Shown here: piece by piece, positions 47,043 through 56,505 of the stretch
How the letters are laid out: every line of letters begins with the position of its first letter
Numbering within the stretch: position 1 is the first letter of the stretch
Source of the DNA: Fimbriimonas sp.
GTDB lineage: Bacteria; Armatimonadota; Fimbriimonadia; Fimbriimonadales; Fimbriimonadaceae
Length of the DNA stretch: 64,000 nt
Reading direction: 5' to 3'
Assembly: GCA_029866005.1 (NCBI GenBank)
Contig: JARXAE010000027.1
Span: 906 to 64,905 of the forward strand
Notes under the pieces: model-generated
Database searches by the model: none
The model's input: only the letters and a program-made list of their open reading frames with translations
Told to the model about the DNA's origin: nothing
Translations under genes and position numbers: made by a program

Positions 47043-48398
47043 ATGCGCTGGAGCATTTCGATTCTCGCCCTTTTCGCCGTTTCCCTGTGGGGTTGTGGAT
47101 CCTCAGGATCGGAAGATCCCAAAGATGGCGACTCGTCATCAGCACCAAAGGTTGGCTCGGCAAAAGCTCCGACCGGAAAGATTGAAGTTCAGTCATTCAA
47201 GGGTGGTTATGGAATCGATTTCTTCCAAACTGCCGCGAAGGAGTACACGACGAAACATCCAGGCACTGAAATCTCAGTTGATGGTAACCCTCGCGTTTGG
47301 GAGCAGTTGAAGCCTCGGTTTGTTAGTGGCAAAGTGCCGGATCTCACTTTCCCGGGTTGGGGAATGGACCATTGGGGGCTTGCCGAAGAAGAGCAAGTGA
47401 TTGCACTTGAAGAGGCACTTAAGACTCCGGCATCAGATGGTAAGACGCCTTGGGGTGAAACATTCGATCCGGCATTGCTCAAACTGGGGCAGCTTGACGG
47501 AAAGCAGTGGACTCTTCCGTACTATGTGATCCTTTACGGCTGGTGGTACGACCCCGAATTGTTCAAGGAAAACGGTTGGACTGTTCCCAAGACCTTCAAC
47601 GAACTGCTTGCAACGAGCGAAAAAATCAAAGCTAAGGGCATGGCGCCGATCACTTTTCAAGGGCAGTATCCGTTCTACATGCTCTGCATGATGATGTTGC
47701 CATGGGTCGTCAGCGAGGGTGGACAGCCTGCACTCAGTGCCTGCCAGAATCTTGAGCCGGGCGCTTGGAAGTCGCCGAGCGTGCTCAAGGCGGCTCAGAT
47801 GATTGCGCAACTTCGAGACAAGGGGTTCTTCGAAAGCGGGGCGGTGGGGATGAGCCATACCCAGGCTCAGGCAGGATTCTTGAATAGGAAAGCCGCCTTT
47901 GTGCCTTGCGGTACTTGGATTCATCCGGAAATGAAGGATAGCTGGCCAAAGGGTCGCAAGATTGCCTTCATGTTGCCTCCGACCGTCGATGGTGGAAAGG
48001 GTGATCCGACAGCGATCCAGGTTGCGATCGAACCTTGGATGGTTCCTGCCAAGGCTCAGAACAAAGAGCTTGCGATTGACTTTTTCAAGTACATGACTTC
48101 AGTCGAGAAAGCGAAGCAGTTCGTCGAAGAAAAGGGCACTCTGATGGCGATCAAGGGAAGTGCGGATGGTGCGAAGCTGCCTGATTACGTTGTAGAGCCT
48201 GCTCGAATTTACGGCGAGAGCAAGGACGTGTGGTCTGTGCAATTCCGCAGTTGGTATCCGGCCATGTTCAAAGAGCTAGAGAATGCCACTACCGCGCTAG
48301 TTAGCGGAAAGGCGACTCCTGAGGAGTTCTGCGAACGGGCAGAAAAGGCTGCCCAAGCGACCAGAGACGACGAGTCCATCACGAAGCACAAAATCTAA
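47043..48398 (+). CDS. Sugar ABC substrate-binding lipoprotein (NgcE-like, family 1)
   Basis: Lipobox LWGC, FKGGYG, PRFVSGKVPDL, GWWYDPELFKENGW.VPKTF, FVPCGTW. Confidence 0.88.
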   Translation: MRWSISILALFAVSLWGCGSSGSEDPKDGDSSSAPKVGSAKAPTGKIEVQSFKGGYGIDFFQTAAKEYTTKHPGTEISVDGNPRVWEQLKPRFVSGKVPDLTFPGWGMDHWGLAEEEQVIALEEALKTPASDGKTPWGETFDPALLKLGQLDGKQWTLPYYVILYGWWYDPELFKENGWTVPKTFNELLATSEKIKAKGMAPITFQGQYPFYMLCMMMLPWVVSEGGQPALSACQNLEPGAWKSPSVLKAAQMIAQLRDKGFFESGAVGMSHTQAQAGFLNRKAAFVPCGTWIHPEMKDSWPKGRKIAFMLPPTVDGGKGDPTAIQVAIEPWMVPAKAQNKELAIDFFKYMTSVEKAKQFVEEKGTLMAIKGSADGAKLPDYVVEPARIYGESKDVWSVQFRSWYPAMFKELENATTALVSGKATPEEFCERAEKAAQATRDDESITKHKI

Positions 48399-48461
48399 CT
48401 TCCGATGACATTGGGGTGCAAGTGCCGCCCCGGTATTTATAACGAGATACAATATGGAGGC

Positions 48462-50066
48462 ATGTCGCTCGTTGCCTCCATTTCTTCTGAGTCGGTTGTT
48501 GTGGAACCGGGAGCGACTGCCCCGCTGACCGTCGAGATCGAAAATCAAGGTGAGGCAGTCGAGAATGTCGAAATCGGAATTGAAGGAATCGACGGAGAGT
48601 GGATTGCGATTCCGGTCCCTTCAGTAGAGATCAAACCCGGGGAGCGGCAGAGTCTCAAGATTTTCTTCAAGCCTCCTCGTCAGAGCGAGAGCACAGCTGG
48701 CAACTTTCCGTTTGTTGCAAAGGTTCGCTCCTTAACGTCTGGCGATCAGAGAATCTCACAGGGAATTCTCACGATCAAGCCGTTTCACTCGATCACGCTT
48801 GAGCTCACCCCAAAAAAGGGATTTGTTACCGCGACGAAAACTCAGAACATTTTCGCCGCAAAGGTAATGAACATGGGGAACTCGGAGCATGCCGTTCAAT
48901 TGATGGCAGACGATCCTGAGAACTCATGTGCTTACGAGTTTGATGATGAGCTGATCACGGTTGGGCCGGGGCATCAGCGAGAGGTGGACTTTGCGGTTAA
49001 TCCCAAAAAAGGTTCGCCCTTAGGATCACCGAGGCTGATTGGATTCGCGGTTACTGCTCGAAGCACGACCACGCCCGGCGTGGTCGCCTCAAGCCAGGCT
49101 CAGCTTGAAGTTCGCCCTCTACTGACTCCTGCAACGATCATTGTCTTTTTCATCATGTCAATGCTGGCACTCACCGTTTGGTTAACCCAGCCCAAGAAGC
49201 CTGAAGTTACGATCGATCTGCTGCCTGGTTCGGCGAAAGTGACCCAGGGAACCAAGGTTTTGGTTCATTGGGTCGCTTCCAATGCCTCAGCTGTCAAACT
49301 CGTGGCGGGTGGGAAGGCGATCGGAGAAAACTTGCCCCCAGAAGGAACACAGGAGGTAGAAACGCCACTGGTCGGAACACTTACGATTCAAGCCGTAGCG
49401 TTTAGGGATACTCGCCAAAGTGAGGTTGCAACCATTACTTTGACGGTAGAGGCCGCACCAGTTTTTCCTGAGCCAAGAATTCTTGAGTTGAAGCCTTCAC
49501 TGCCAACGGTCAACAAAGGTGAAAAATTCACCCTTAGCTACAAATTCGACCCTGCGGTCGTAAAGGCCAAGCTTGGTCCTGACAATATCGACTTGGACCT
49601 CCGACTCAATACTATCCTCATCGAACCGACTAAGTTAGGCGAGAATGAATACACCGTCGTCGCAGAGAACTCCGCGGGGAAAAGCGTCAAGAAGACGTTT
49701 ACTGTCCAGATGATTGAACCCGTCTTGGTGAAAATAAACAAATTCGAAATTTCGCCATTGGAGGTCGAAGAGGGCGGAAAGGTGAGCATGAGCTGGCAGG
49801 TCGAAAAGGCCTCGAAAATCGAGTTTAGTTACACTGGTAGCCAGCCCTACTCGCTTGATCCGGCAGGCACTACCGAAATTCCAGTTGTGGCGAAGACAAC
49901 GTTCACACTCAAGGCAACTGATGCCAACGGAAAGAGTGTTACGAAGACGATTACAGTACAGGTCAAGAAGCCAGCGGATTCTAACCCAACAAGCCCCACC
50001 GACTCGGGTGACCTGCGGGGTACAACCGGAACGACGGCGACCAGCGGAGCAACCACAGGAAGATGA
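48462..50066 (+). CDS. Hypothetical single-TM protein with tandem Ig-like domains
   Basis: Two N-terminal beta-sandwich-like repeats, TM (ATIIVFFIMSMLALTVWL), further beta-rich repeats and a Thr-rich tail. Start placed at ATG 48462 (GGAGG SD). Confidence 0.75.
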   Translation: MSLVASISSESVVVEPGATAPLTVEIENQGEAVENVEIGIEGIDGEWIAIPVPSVEIKPGERQSLKIFFKPPRQSESTAGNFPFVAKVRSLTSGDQRISQGILTIKPFHSITLELTPKKGFVTATKTQNIFAAKVMNMGNSEHAVQLMADDPENSCAYEFDDELITVGPGHQREVDFAVNPKKGSPLGSPRLIGFAVTARSTTTPGVVASSQAQLEVRPLLTPATIIVFFIMSMLALTVWLTQPKKPEVTIDLLPGSAKVTQGTKVLVHWVASNASAVKLVAGGKAIGENLPPEGTQEVETPLVGTLTIQAVAFRDTRQSEVATITLTVEAAPVFPEPRILELKPSLPTVNKGEKFTLSYKFDPAVVKAKLGPDNIDLDLRLNTILIEPTKLGENEYTVVAENSAGKSVKKTFTVQMIEPVLVKINKFEISPLEVEEGGKVSMSWQVEKASKIEFSYTGSQPYSLDPAGTTEIPVVAKTTFTLKATDANGKSVTKTITVQVKKPADSNPTSPTDSGDLRGTTGTTATSGATTGR

Positions 50067-51595
50067 GGGCACTACTTTCAGTAACAGATAAATCAGGGAT
50101 CGTCGATTTTGCGGGAGCTCTCGTTGAGAGAGGTTTTGAGATTTTGAGCACAGGAGGCACGGCGAAGGCTCTTCGCGAGGCTGGCTTGCCCGTTACCGAC
50201 GTTAGCAACGTCACCGGGTTTCCCGAAATGCTGGATGGGCGTGTGAAGACATTGCATCCGATGGTGCATGGCGGACTCCTCGGGGTGGTCGCCAATCCTG
50301 AACACGTCTCTGCGATGCAGAACGCGGGCATTGAACCGATCTCAATCGTGGCGGTTAACCTGTATCGGTTTGAGGAAACCGTGTCAAAGCCACACGATTT
50401 GAATCAGGCGATCGAGTCGATTGACATTGGCGGACCAGCGATGATTCGTGCTTCCGCGAAAAACCACGCCTCGGTGGCGGTTGTAACAGACCCTGCAGAT
50501 TACGCCCTCGTCTTGACCGCCATTAACCAAGGATCTCTGCCCGAGCTCCGTCCAAAGCTTGCGGCAAAGGCGTTTCGGCTGACGGCCTACTATGATAGTT
50601 TGATCTCCCGTTACTTGTTTTCCGCCAGCGGGCAGGACGAGCTTGAGAGCGATCTTTTTGCTCTTGGGCTACGGAGAGTTCAGGCCTTTCGCTACGGTGA
50701 AAATCCACATCAGCAAGGTGCGCTTTACTTGGATGGGCTGGCTCAGCCGGGTCTTCCCCAAGCGAAACAGCTTTGGGGGAAGGAGTTGAGTTACAACAAC
50801 ATCAACGATTCCGTTGGTGCCTGGGAGTTAGTTGGGGACCTTCCTCCATTGGGTTGCTCAATCATTAAGCACGGTAACCCATGCGGGGCTGCGACGAGTG
50901 GTTCATTTGGTCAAAGCTATTCACTGGCTCGAGCATCTGATCCGATTTCAGCATTTGGCGGAATCGCCGCTTTCAATGGTGTCGTGGACGTCGATGCCGC
51001 TGAGGCAATGACGGAGAAAGGCAATTTCTTGGAAGTCGTCCTTGCCACACGTTTTACAGACGAAGCAGTGGAGATATTCAAGAGTCGATCGGGGTGGGGT
51101 CAAGATGTACGCCTACTCGAGGTCGTACTTCCTGAGCGTCGCTCGTTCTTGAGCGTTAAGGCAATTCGGGGTGGAGCGATTATCCAGCAGAGCGACGAGG
51201 ATCCAGGTAACGAGTGGCGTGTTGTCACTTCAATCGTCCCGACACCCGAGCAGATGACCGCTCTAAGGTTGCAATGGGCCATCGTTCAGCACGTTAAGTC
51301 GAACGCCATCGTTGTTGGGAACGCGACTCAACTTTTGGGAGTGGGTGCAGGGCAGATGAATCGCGTTCAGAGTGTCCGCCTTGCATTGGACCAAGCTGGC
51401 GATGCTTCGACCGGTGCGGTGCTTGCAAGTGATGCCTTCTTCCCTTTTCCAGATTCAGTGGAGACGGCCGCAGCTGCCGGCATAGCGGCAATTGTGCAGC
51501 CCGGTGGTAGCAAGAAGGATGAAGCCGTGATTGCACGGGCAAACGAACTCGGGGTCGCGATGTGCTTCACCGGAACTCGCCACTTTAATCACTGA
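50063..51595 (+). CDS. purH: Bifunctional AICAR transformylase / IMP cyclohydrolase
   Basis: RALLSVTDK, STGGTA, GRVKTLHP, IDIGGPAM, RYGENPHQ, KHGNPCG, LASDAFFPF, QPGGS. Confidence 0.98.
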   Translation: MRALLSVTDKSGIVDFAGALVERGFEILSTGGTAKALREAGLPVTDVSNVTGFPEMLDGRVKTLHPMVHGGLLGVVANPEHVSAMQNAGIEPISIVAVNLYRFEETVSKPHDLNQAIESIDIGGPAMIRASAKNHASVAVVTDPADYALVLTAINQGSLPELRPKLAAKAFRLTAYYDSLISRYLFSASGQDELESDLFALGLRRVQAFRYGENPHQQGALYLDGLAQPGLPQAKQLWGKELSYNNINDSVGAWELVGDLPPLGCSIIKHGNPCGAATSGSFGQSYSLARASDPISAFGGIAAFNGVVDVDAAEAMTEKGNFLEVVLATRFTDEAVEIFKSRSGWGQDVRLLEVVLPERRSFLSVKAIRGGAIIQQSDEDPGNEWRVVTSIVPTPEQMTALRLQWAIVQHVKSNAIVVGNATQLLGVGAGQMNRVQSVRLALDQAGDASTGAVLASDAFFPFPDSVETAAAAGIAAIVQPGGSKKDEAVIARANELGVAMCFTGTRHFNH

Positions 51596-51664
51596 CCCCT
51601 TGGCAAAACTTGTAAAATGGTGTAACCTAACTTTCAAACCTTTGCATCCAAGGAACTGACTATC

Positions 51665-52033
51665 ATGAGCAACACTGGCGCCGGACCGAATCCTCAAACA
51701 AATTTGATCATTTCGATCGTAGCACCGGTCATTGCACTGATTGCGATCGCAGTTTTGTACTTTACAAAGCCTACGCTTGTTCCAGAAGCGGCTCCGGCTG
51801 CAGTCAATACCACAGCGGCTAAGTTGCCGGATCCCGGCGTCCAGATGGGCAACGCTCTGCCAGGTGCTGGCGGAGGAGCCTCCGGCGGAGCAGTTGGCGG
51901 AGCAGCGGCACGCGGTGGTGGTTTTACTGCCCCTCCCCCCTCAGCTAGCGTTGGCGGACAAGGTGGGGGTCGTCCTCCGAGCGGTGGTCGTCCTCCGAGT
52001 GGTGGACGGTCAGTCGGTGACGGAAGCGACTAA
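51665..52033 (+). CDS. Small single-TM Gly/Pro-rich hypothetical protein
   Basis: SD AAGGA; N-terminal TM; low-complexity tail. Confidence 0.7.
   Translation: MSNTGAGPNPQTNLIISIVAPVIALIAIAVLYFTKPTLVPEAAPAAVNTTAAKLPDPGVQMGNALPGAGGGASGGAVGGAAARGGGFTAPPPSASVGGQGGGRPPSGGRPPSGGRSVGDGSD
51968..52003 (+). repeat. 18-bp tandem duplication encoding GRPPSG x2
   Basis: GGTCGTCCTCCGAGCGGT GGTCGTCCTCCGAGTGGT. Confidence 0.85.
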
Positions 52034-52116
52034 CATCTTCAATCTGTTCACGATCGCTGTTCAGACTCCCTGAATAAAGTAAACTCCCTAGGCTTGACGG
52101 TCTTGGGAGTTTGCTT

Positions 52117-52398
52117 ATGTCTGCGCCTGTTGTTCTTAACGTTGGATTTTACAACTACGTGCTGACAGACAAGATTATCGCAATGGTGAGTACGGAATCG
52201 GCTCCGATGCGGCGCCTTGTGCAGGGTCTGCGACAGGCCGGAAAAGTGATCGACGCCACGCAAGGTCGGAAGACCAAGTCTGTCGTTTTCACGGTGAGCG
52301 GAGATGTTGTGCTGTCAGCAATCTCGCAGGAGACTCTGGCTCGCCGTCTTGCTGAAGTGGGTCACACTCCTGACGATGCCGACGAAGCCGAAGAGTAG
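52117..52398 (+). CDS. remA: DUF370 / RemA-family protein
   Basis: LNVGFYNYV, SAPMRRL, IDATQGRKTKSVV, VVLSAISQETLARR; SD GGGAG 7 nt upstream. Confidence 0.88.
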   Translation: MSAPVVLNVGFYNYVLTDKIIAMVSTESAPMRRLVQGLRQAGKVIDATQGRKTKSVVFTVSGDVVLSAISQETLARRLAEVGHTPDDADEAEE

Positions 52399-52404
52399 TT
52401 TGAG

Positions 52405-53451
52405 ATGAGTTTAATGCGCACGCTTTTTGGCAGGTTTCACCGAGATATCGGTATTGACCTCGGTACTGCCAACACGCTGGTGTATGTAGCTGGGCGGGGA
52501 ATTATCCTCAGAGAGCCGAGCGTGGTCGCGGTAAGCCAGGACGATGGCAAAGTGATCAAAGTTGGAGCTGAAGCAAAGCGGATGCTAGGTCGCACCCCGG
52601 CAAACATCGTGGCTGTTCGCCCATTAAAAGACGGGGTGATTGCAGATTACGAGCACACCGAGGAGATGCTGAGGCACTTCATTGGTTCTGCGGTGAGCCG
52701 AGGAGCGTTTCGAACGACCGTTGTTGTCGGAATCCCCTCCGGCGTTACCGAAGTCGAGCGGCGGGCAGTTATTGAAGCGGCACGCAAAGCAGGAGCGACA
52801 GCGGCGTATGTCGTCGAAGAGCCGATGGCAGCAGCTATTGGAGCGGGACTTCCTGTTGCGGAGCCCAGTGGATCGATCATCGTTGACATCGGTGGTGGTA
52901 CGACCGAAGTTGCAGTGATTTCATTAGGTGGAATAGTTTCCTCAAAATCAGTTCGAACCGCAGGTGATGAACTGGATGAGTCAATCATTAGCTATGTTCG
53001 GCGGGCGTTTAACCTTGCAATTGGGGATCGAACGGCTGAACAAGTTAAGCTGCAAATTGGCTCAGCTTTTCCCATGGAGCAGGAGATGGATATGGTGATC
53101 AAGGGGCGCGATCTCGTTACTGGGCTCCCCCGCTCGGCGGTCGTGACGTCAGAAGAGATTCGCACGGCGATAGCAGATCCTATCCGAGAAATCGTCGATG
53201 CTATCAAGCTTACGTTGGAAGCCACTCCCCCCGAGCTTGCCGGAGACGCAATGGAAAGAGGCATTTATCTTGCCGGCGGCGGTGCTCTCCTTCGCGGTCT
53301 CGATAAGCTCATTTCCCGCGAAACCCTCGTTCCCGTCCACATTGCGAACGATCCTTTGAGCTGCGTTGCCCTTGGCACTGGGATCATTGTTGAAGAAATG
53401 AACGAAAACGCTCTGATTCGCAAAATGCTTGAGAGGTCATCCCAGCCGTAA
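52405..53451 (+). CDS. mreB: Rod shape-determining actin homologue MreB
   Basis: [57 protein letters not shown]. Confidence 0.97.
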   Translation: MSLMRTLFGRFHRDIGIDLGTANTLVYVAGRGIILREPSVVAVSQDDGKVIKVGAEAKRMLGRTPANIVAVRPLKDGVIADYEHTEEMLRHFIGSAVSRGAFRTTVVVGIPSGVTEVERRAVIEAARKAGATAAYVVEEPMAAAIGAGLPVAEPSGSIIVDIGGGTTEVAVISLGGIVSSKSVRTAGDELDESIISYVRRAFNLAIGDRTAEQVKLQIGSAFPMEQEMDMVIKGRDLVTGLPRSAVVTSEEIRTAIADPIREIVDAIKLTLEATPPELAGDAMERGIYLAGGGALLRGLDKLISRETLVPVHIANDPLSCVALGTGIIVEEMNENALIRKMLERSSQP

Positions 53452-53486
53452 GAAAAGAAAAGCCCACCCGCCCAGCTCTTTGGTTC

Positions 53487-54272
53487 TTGGGATTGTTGAT
53501 CCTAGGGTTTGCCGTCTCATACGTGCAATCTTCACAACGAAAAGCCGGAAAGACTAGTCCTCTTGATCTTGTGGTGCGAACCGTTTGCCAACCGGTCGCG
53601 ATGGTTTCGAGTCAAACCTACCGCGCCATTTCAGGTTTTTTCTCAGGGGCGGTTCAAGGAGATAAATTTGCGCTCGAAAATGAACGACTGAGGCGACAAC
53701 TGGATGCGCTGAGTCTCTATGACGACCGCATCAAAGACCTCGAATTCCAAGTTGATTCACTGCGTCAACTCGCAGATCTAGCGAAAAGCTACGATCGACC
53801 AAAGGTTATGGCAGATGTGATCTACTACTCTGCGATCGAAGATCGAGTCACGATTGCCGCAGGCAAGAATAAAGGCATTGAGCCTGGCATGGTTGTTGTG
53901 TGTGCTGCAGGTCTGGTTGGTCGTGTGCAGACCGTGGCGCCAAGTGAGTGCCAGGCACTTCTTCTTACCGCCAACACATTCCAAATTGGAGCGACTGCGC
54001 TAGGATACAACCCAGCCCCCTACGGTTTGATCCGAGGTGACGACACTGAGACCCTGATCTTGGGCTTTCAGAGTGAGCAACCTCCGGTGAAAAGTGGGGA
54101 TATTGTTGTTACGAGTGGGTTCTCGGACAAGCTTCCTAGGGGGATCCCCCGGGGAATCGTCATTGGGCGAGTCCTGAGTACAGAAACGAGACCAGAGGTG
54201 GGTGCGTCGCGGGCAATTGTGTTGCCAAAGGTCAATCCTGGAAACTTGCGCGAAGTGGTGATCCTCAAGTGA
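53487..54272 (+). CDS. mreC: Rod shape-determining protein MreC (true start uncertain, see findings)
   Basis: TM + coiled coil (LALENERLRRQL), AGKNKGIEPGMVV, GLVGRV, GDIVVTSG, PRGIVIGRV. Confidence 0.92.
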   Translation: MGLLILGFAVSYVQSSQRKAGKTSPLDLVVRTVCQPVAMVSSQTYRAISGFFSGAVQGDKFALENERLRRQLDALSLYDDRIKDLEFQVDSLRQLADLAKSYDRPKVMADVIYYSAIEDRVTIAAGKNKGIEPGMVVVCAAGLVGRVQTVAPSECQALLLTANTFQIGATALGYNPAPYGLIRGDDTETLILGFQSEQPPVKSGDIVVTSGFSDKLPRGIPRGIVIGRVLSTETRPEVGASRAIVLPKVNPGNLREVVILK

Positions 54273-54754
54273 AGAATCGAACTTTGATCTGGGTTGCAGT
54301 TCTTACATTCTGGATATGCGGAGGACTTAATGAAGGTCTTGCAAAAGACATAGCGATCTTTGGTGCCCAGCCAGACTTTCTGCTGGTCGCAACAACTGTG
54401 ATCAGTATGCTCTCGGATATGCGGGGTGCCGCGATGGCCGGATTCACAGGCGGCTTCTTTCAGGGGGCGATCACCGGTGCAAACATGTGGCAGTACGTGG
54501 TGACCCGGTTGCTTGTTGGTTGGATTGGAGGATCACTCATCGAGTTGCGATTTCAACGAAACCTAGTGATCGCCGCGATGGCTTGCTTTGTCGCCACGAT
54601 TTTCTCCGGTGTCCTCTTCTTGTTCTTAACTTCTCAACCGAACATCCTTGGGAGTCTGAGAGATACACTGATATCTGCGATGTACAACGCCGTTATCGCC
54701 GCTCTGGTCTATCCACCAGTGGAGAGGCTGTCCGGCGTCAAAGCGAGACAATAA
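54269..54754 (+). CDS. mreD: Rod shape-determining protein MreD
   Basis: QPDFLLV, AGFTGGFFQG; about 5 TM segments; GTGA overlap with mreC. Confidence 0.85.
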   Translation: MKNRTLIWVAVLTFWICGGLNEGLAKDIAIFGAQPDFLLVATTVISMLSDMRGAAMAGFTGGFFQGAITGANMWQYVVTRLLVGWIGGSLIELRFQRNLVIAAMACFVATIFSGVLFLFLTSQPNILGSLRDTLISAMYNAVIAALVYPPVERLSGVKARQ

Positions 54755-54756
54755 CC

Positions 54757-56010
54757 ATGAGTGCACACCACGACGTCCTCGGCATGGCCCGCGAACAGCT
54801 TAGCGTAGCGGCCAAGTACCTTGACCTTGATCAGGGTCTTCACCAGGTGCTTTCCCGCCCGATGAGGCAGCTCATCGTCAACTTTCCGGTTGTTTTGGAT
54901 AATGGCGAAGTGATGTGCTTCGAGGGTTACCGCGTTCAACACAACTCCTCTCGGGGACCCACCAAAGGCGGTATTCGCTATCACCCCGACGTTGACGTCC
55001 ATGAAACCACGGCACTGGCCATGTGGATGACTTGGAAATGTGCAGTTGTCAACATCCCATACGGCGGAGCGAAGGGTTCCGTCAAAGTTGATACCAAGCA
55101 GTTTAGTCGCCGAGAGATTGAGAAACTGACTCGTCGCTACGTCACCGAAATCAACATGATTTTGGGTGAGCGAAGTGACATTCCCGCACCAGACATTGGC
55201 ACCAACGCTCAGACCATGGCTTGGATCATGGATACCTTCTCGATGCAGAAGGGCTACACCGTGCCGGGTGTTGTCACCGGAAAGCCTGTTGACCTTGGCG
55301 GCTCGCTCGGGCGAGTTGAGGCGACTGGTCGAGGCGTAATTGTTGCGACGGAAGAAGCTGCGAAGACGATGAATATGAACCTGGGTGGCGCGAAAGTGGT
55401 CGTTCAGGGCTTTGGTAATGTTGGCGCAACAGCGGCCAAGATCGCCGAAGAGCATGGCGCAATCGTAGTTGGAATCTCCGATGCGGTTGGGGGCATCTAC
55501 AATCCCAAGGGACTGCCGATCGCCGAATTGACAAACCGCTACGCCGGCCGGGAGGGCGGAATTCAGGAGTACAAGGATGCTGAAAAAGTCACGAATGCTG
55601 AGTTGCTTGAACTCGAATGCGACGTTCTCATTCCCGCCGCGATCGCATCTCAGATTCACGATGGTAATGCCAACAAAGTAAAAGCCAAGCTTCTTGTCGA
55701 AGGAGCTAATGGACCTTGCACTTTCGAAGCGGACAAGATCCTTCATGACCGCGGTGTTCATGTCGTTCCTGACATCCTGGCAAACGCCGGTGGCGTTGTT
55801 GTCAGCTACTTTGAGTGGGTGCAGGATCTGCAGAACTTCTTCTGGGAAGAGGATCGCGTGAACGACCAGCTCACCAAGATCATGAAACGAGCATATAGTC
55901 AGGTGGACGCTACTATGCGGCAGCATAAGACGGATATGCGAACTGCTGCGCTGATCATCGGTGTCAAGCGGGTTGCAGACGCAACCGTTCGACGCGGAAT
56001 CTTCCCCTGA
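54757..56010 (+). CDS. Glu/Leu/Phe/Val dehydrogenase (glutamate dehydrogenase)
   Basis: GYRVQHN, GPTKGGIRYHP, MTWKCAV, PYGGAKG, DIPAPD, TGKP..LGGS.GR.EATGRG, QGFGNVG, NAGGVVVSYFEW. Start placed at ATG 54757. Confidence 0.96.
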   Translation: MSAHHDVLGMAREQLSVAAKYLDLDQGLHQVLSRPMRQLIVNFPVVLDNGEVMCFEGYRVQHNSSRGPTKGGIRYHPDVDVHETTALAMWMTWKCAVVNIPYGGAKGSVKVDTKQFSRREIEKLTRRYVTEINMILGERSDIPAPDIGTNAQTMAWIMDTFSMQKGYTVPGVVTGKPVDLGGSLGRVEATGRGVIVATEEAAKTMNMNLGGAKVVVQGFGNVGATAAKIAEEHGAIVVGISDAVGGIYNPKGLPIAELTNRYAGREGGIQEYKDAEKVTNAELLELECDVLIPAAIASQIHDGNANKVKAKLLVEGANGPCTFEADKILHDRGVHVVPDILANAGGVVVSYFEWVQDLQNFFWEEDRVNDQLTKIMKRAYSQVDATMRQHKTDMRTAALIIGVKRVADATVRRGIFP

Positions 56011-56022
56011 TCTGAATCTTTA

Positions 56023-56052
56023 CCCCCTCTCGGCATCCAGAGGGGGAGTTTA
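56023..56052. terminator. Hairpin between convergent gdh and DUF6855-like genes
   Basis: CCCCCTCT / AGAGGGGG stem. Confidence 0.6.
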
Positions 56053-56442
56053 AACCGCCCTAACTCGGTTGTTTTTTGGATTGTGTTCTAACTCGACAAG
56101 TCCAATCGCTTCCATAAGGGGCGGGACGTACATGCCGAATCGTCCTCGAAAGCCCTTCTTTTGACCGTACCATCCGCCAACAGGATTGGATGCTGATCTT
56201 CCCCAAGCCTCGACTGTGCCAGGCTTCGCCTCCTTTTGCTCGTCAGCCGAGCCTAGCTCCATCCAATCGCCGTGCGTCTTTAGCATGGTGTGGCAGTCTT
56301 CAAGGCATCTCCATAGGTAATGAAGAGTGGTTGAGCCAACTTTGCAGACCAGAATATCTCCATCTCGATACATGGTGTATTCCGAGGTTCCGGGCGCCGT
56401 TTTGAGCTGCCAAGGAGATTCTTTGGTGCCAATCTCTGACAT
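56050..56442 (-). CDS. Conserved hypothetical protein (DUF6855-like)
   Basis: GTKESPWQLKTAPGTSEYTMYRD, NPVGGWYG.KKGFRGRFGMY.PPL; family recalled from motif only. Confidence 0.7.
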   Translation of the reverse strand: MSEIGTKESPWQLKTAPGTSEYTMYRDGDILVCKVGSTTLHYLWRCLEDCHTMLKTHGDWMELGSADEQKEAKPGTVEAWGRSASNPVGGWYGQKKGFRGRFGMYVPPLMEAIGLVELEHNPKNNRVRAV

Positions 56443-56505
56443 GGAGCCATCATATCAGGCTTCCAATGGTTGGTCAAGTTAAGGTTGCTCAAGTATCCTA
56501 GATGG

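Noticed and set aside
54709-55926. 405-aa antisense ORF spanning almost all of gdh
   Set aside because: It is in exact codon register with gdh, so it only reflects avoidance of TTA, CTA and TCA codons. The translation has no recognisable motifs.
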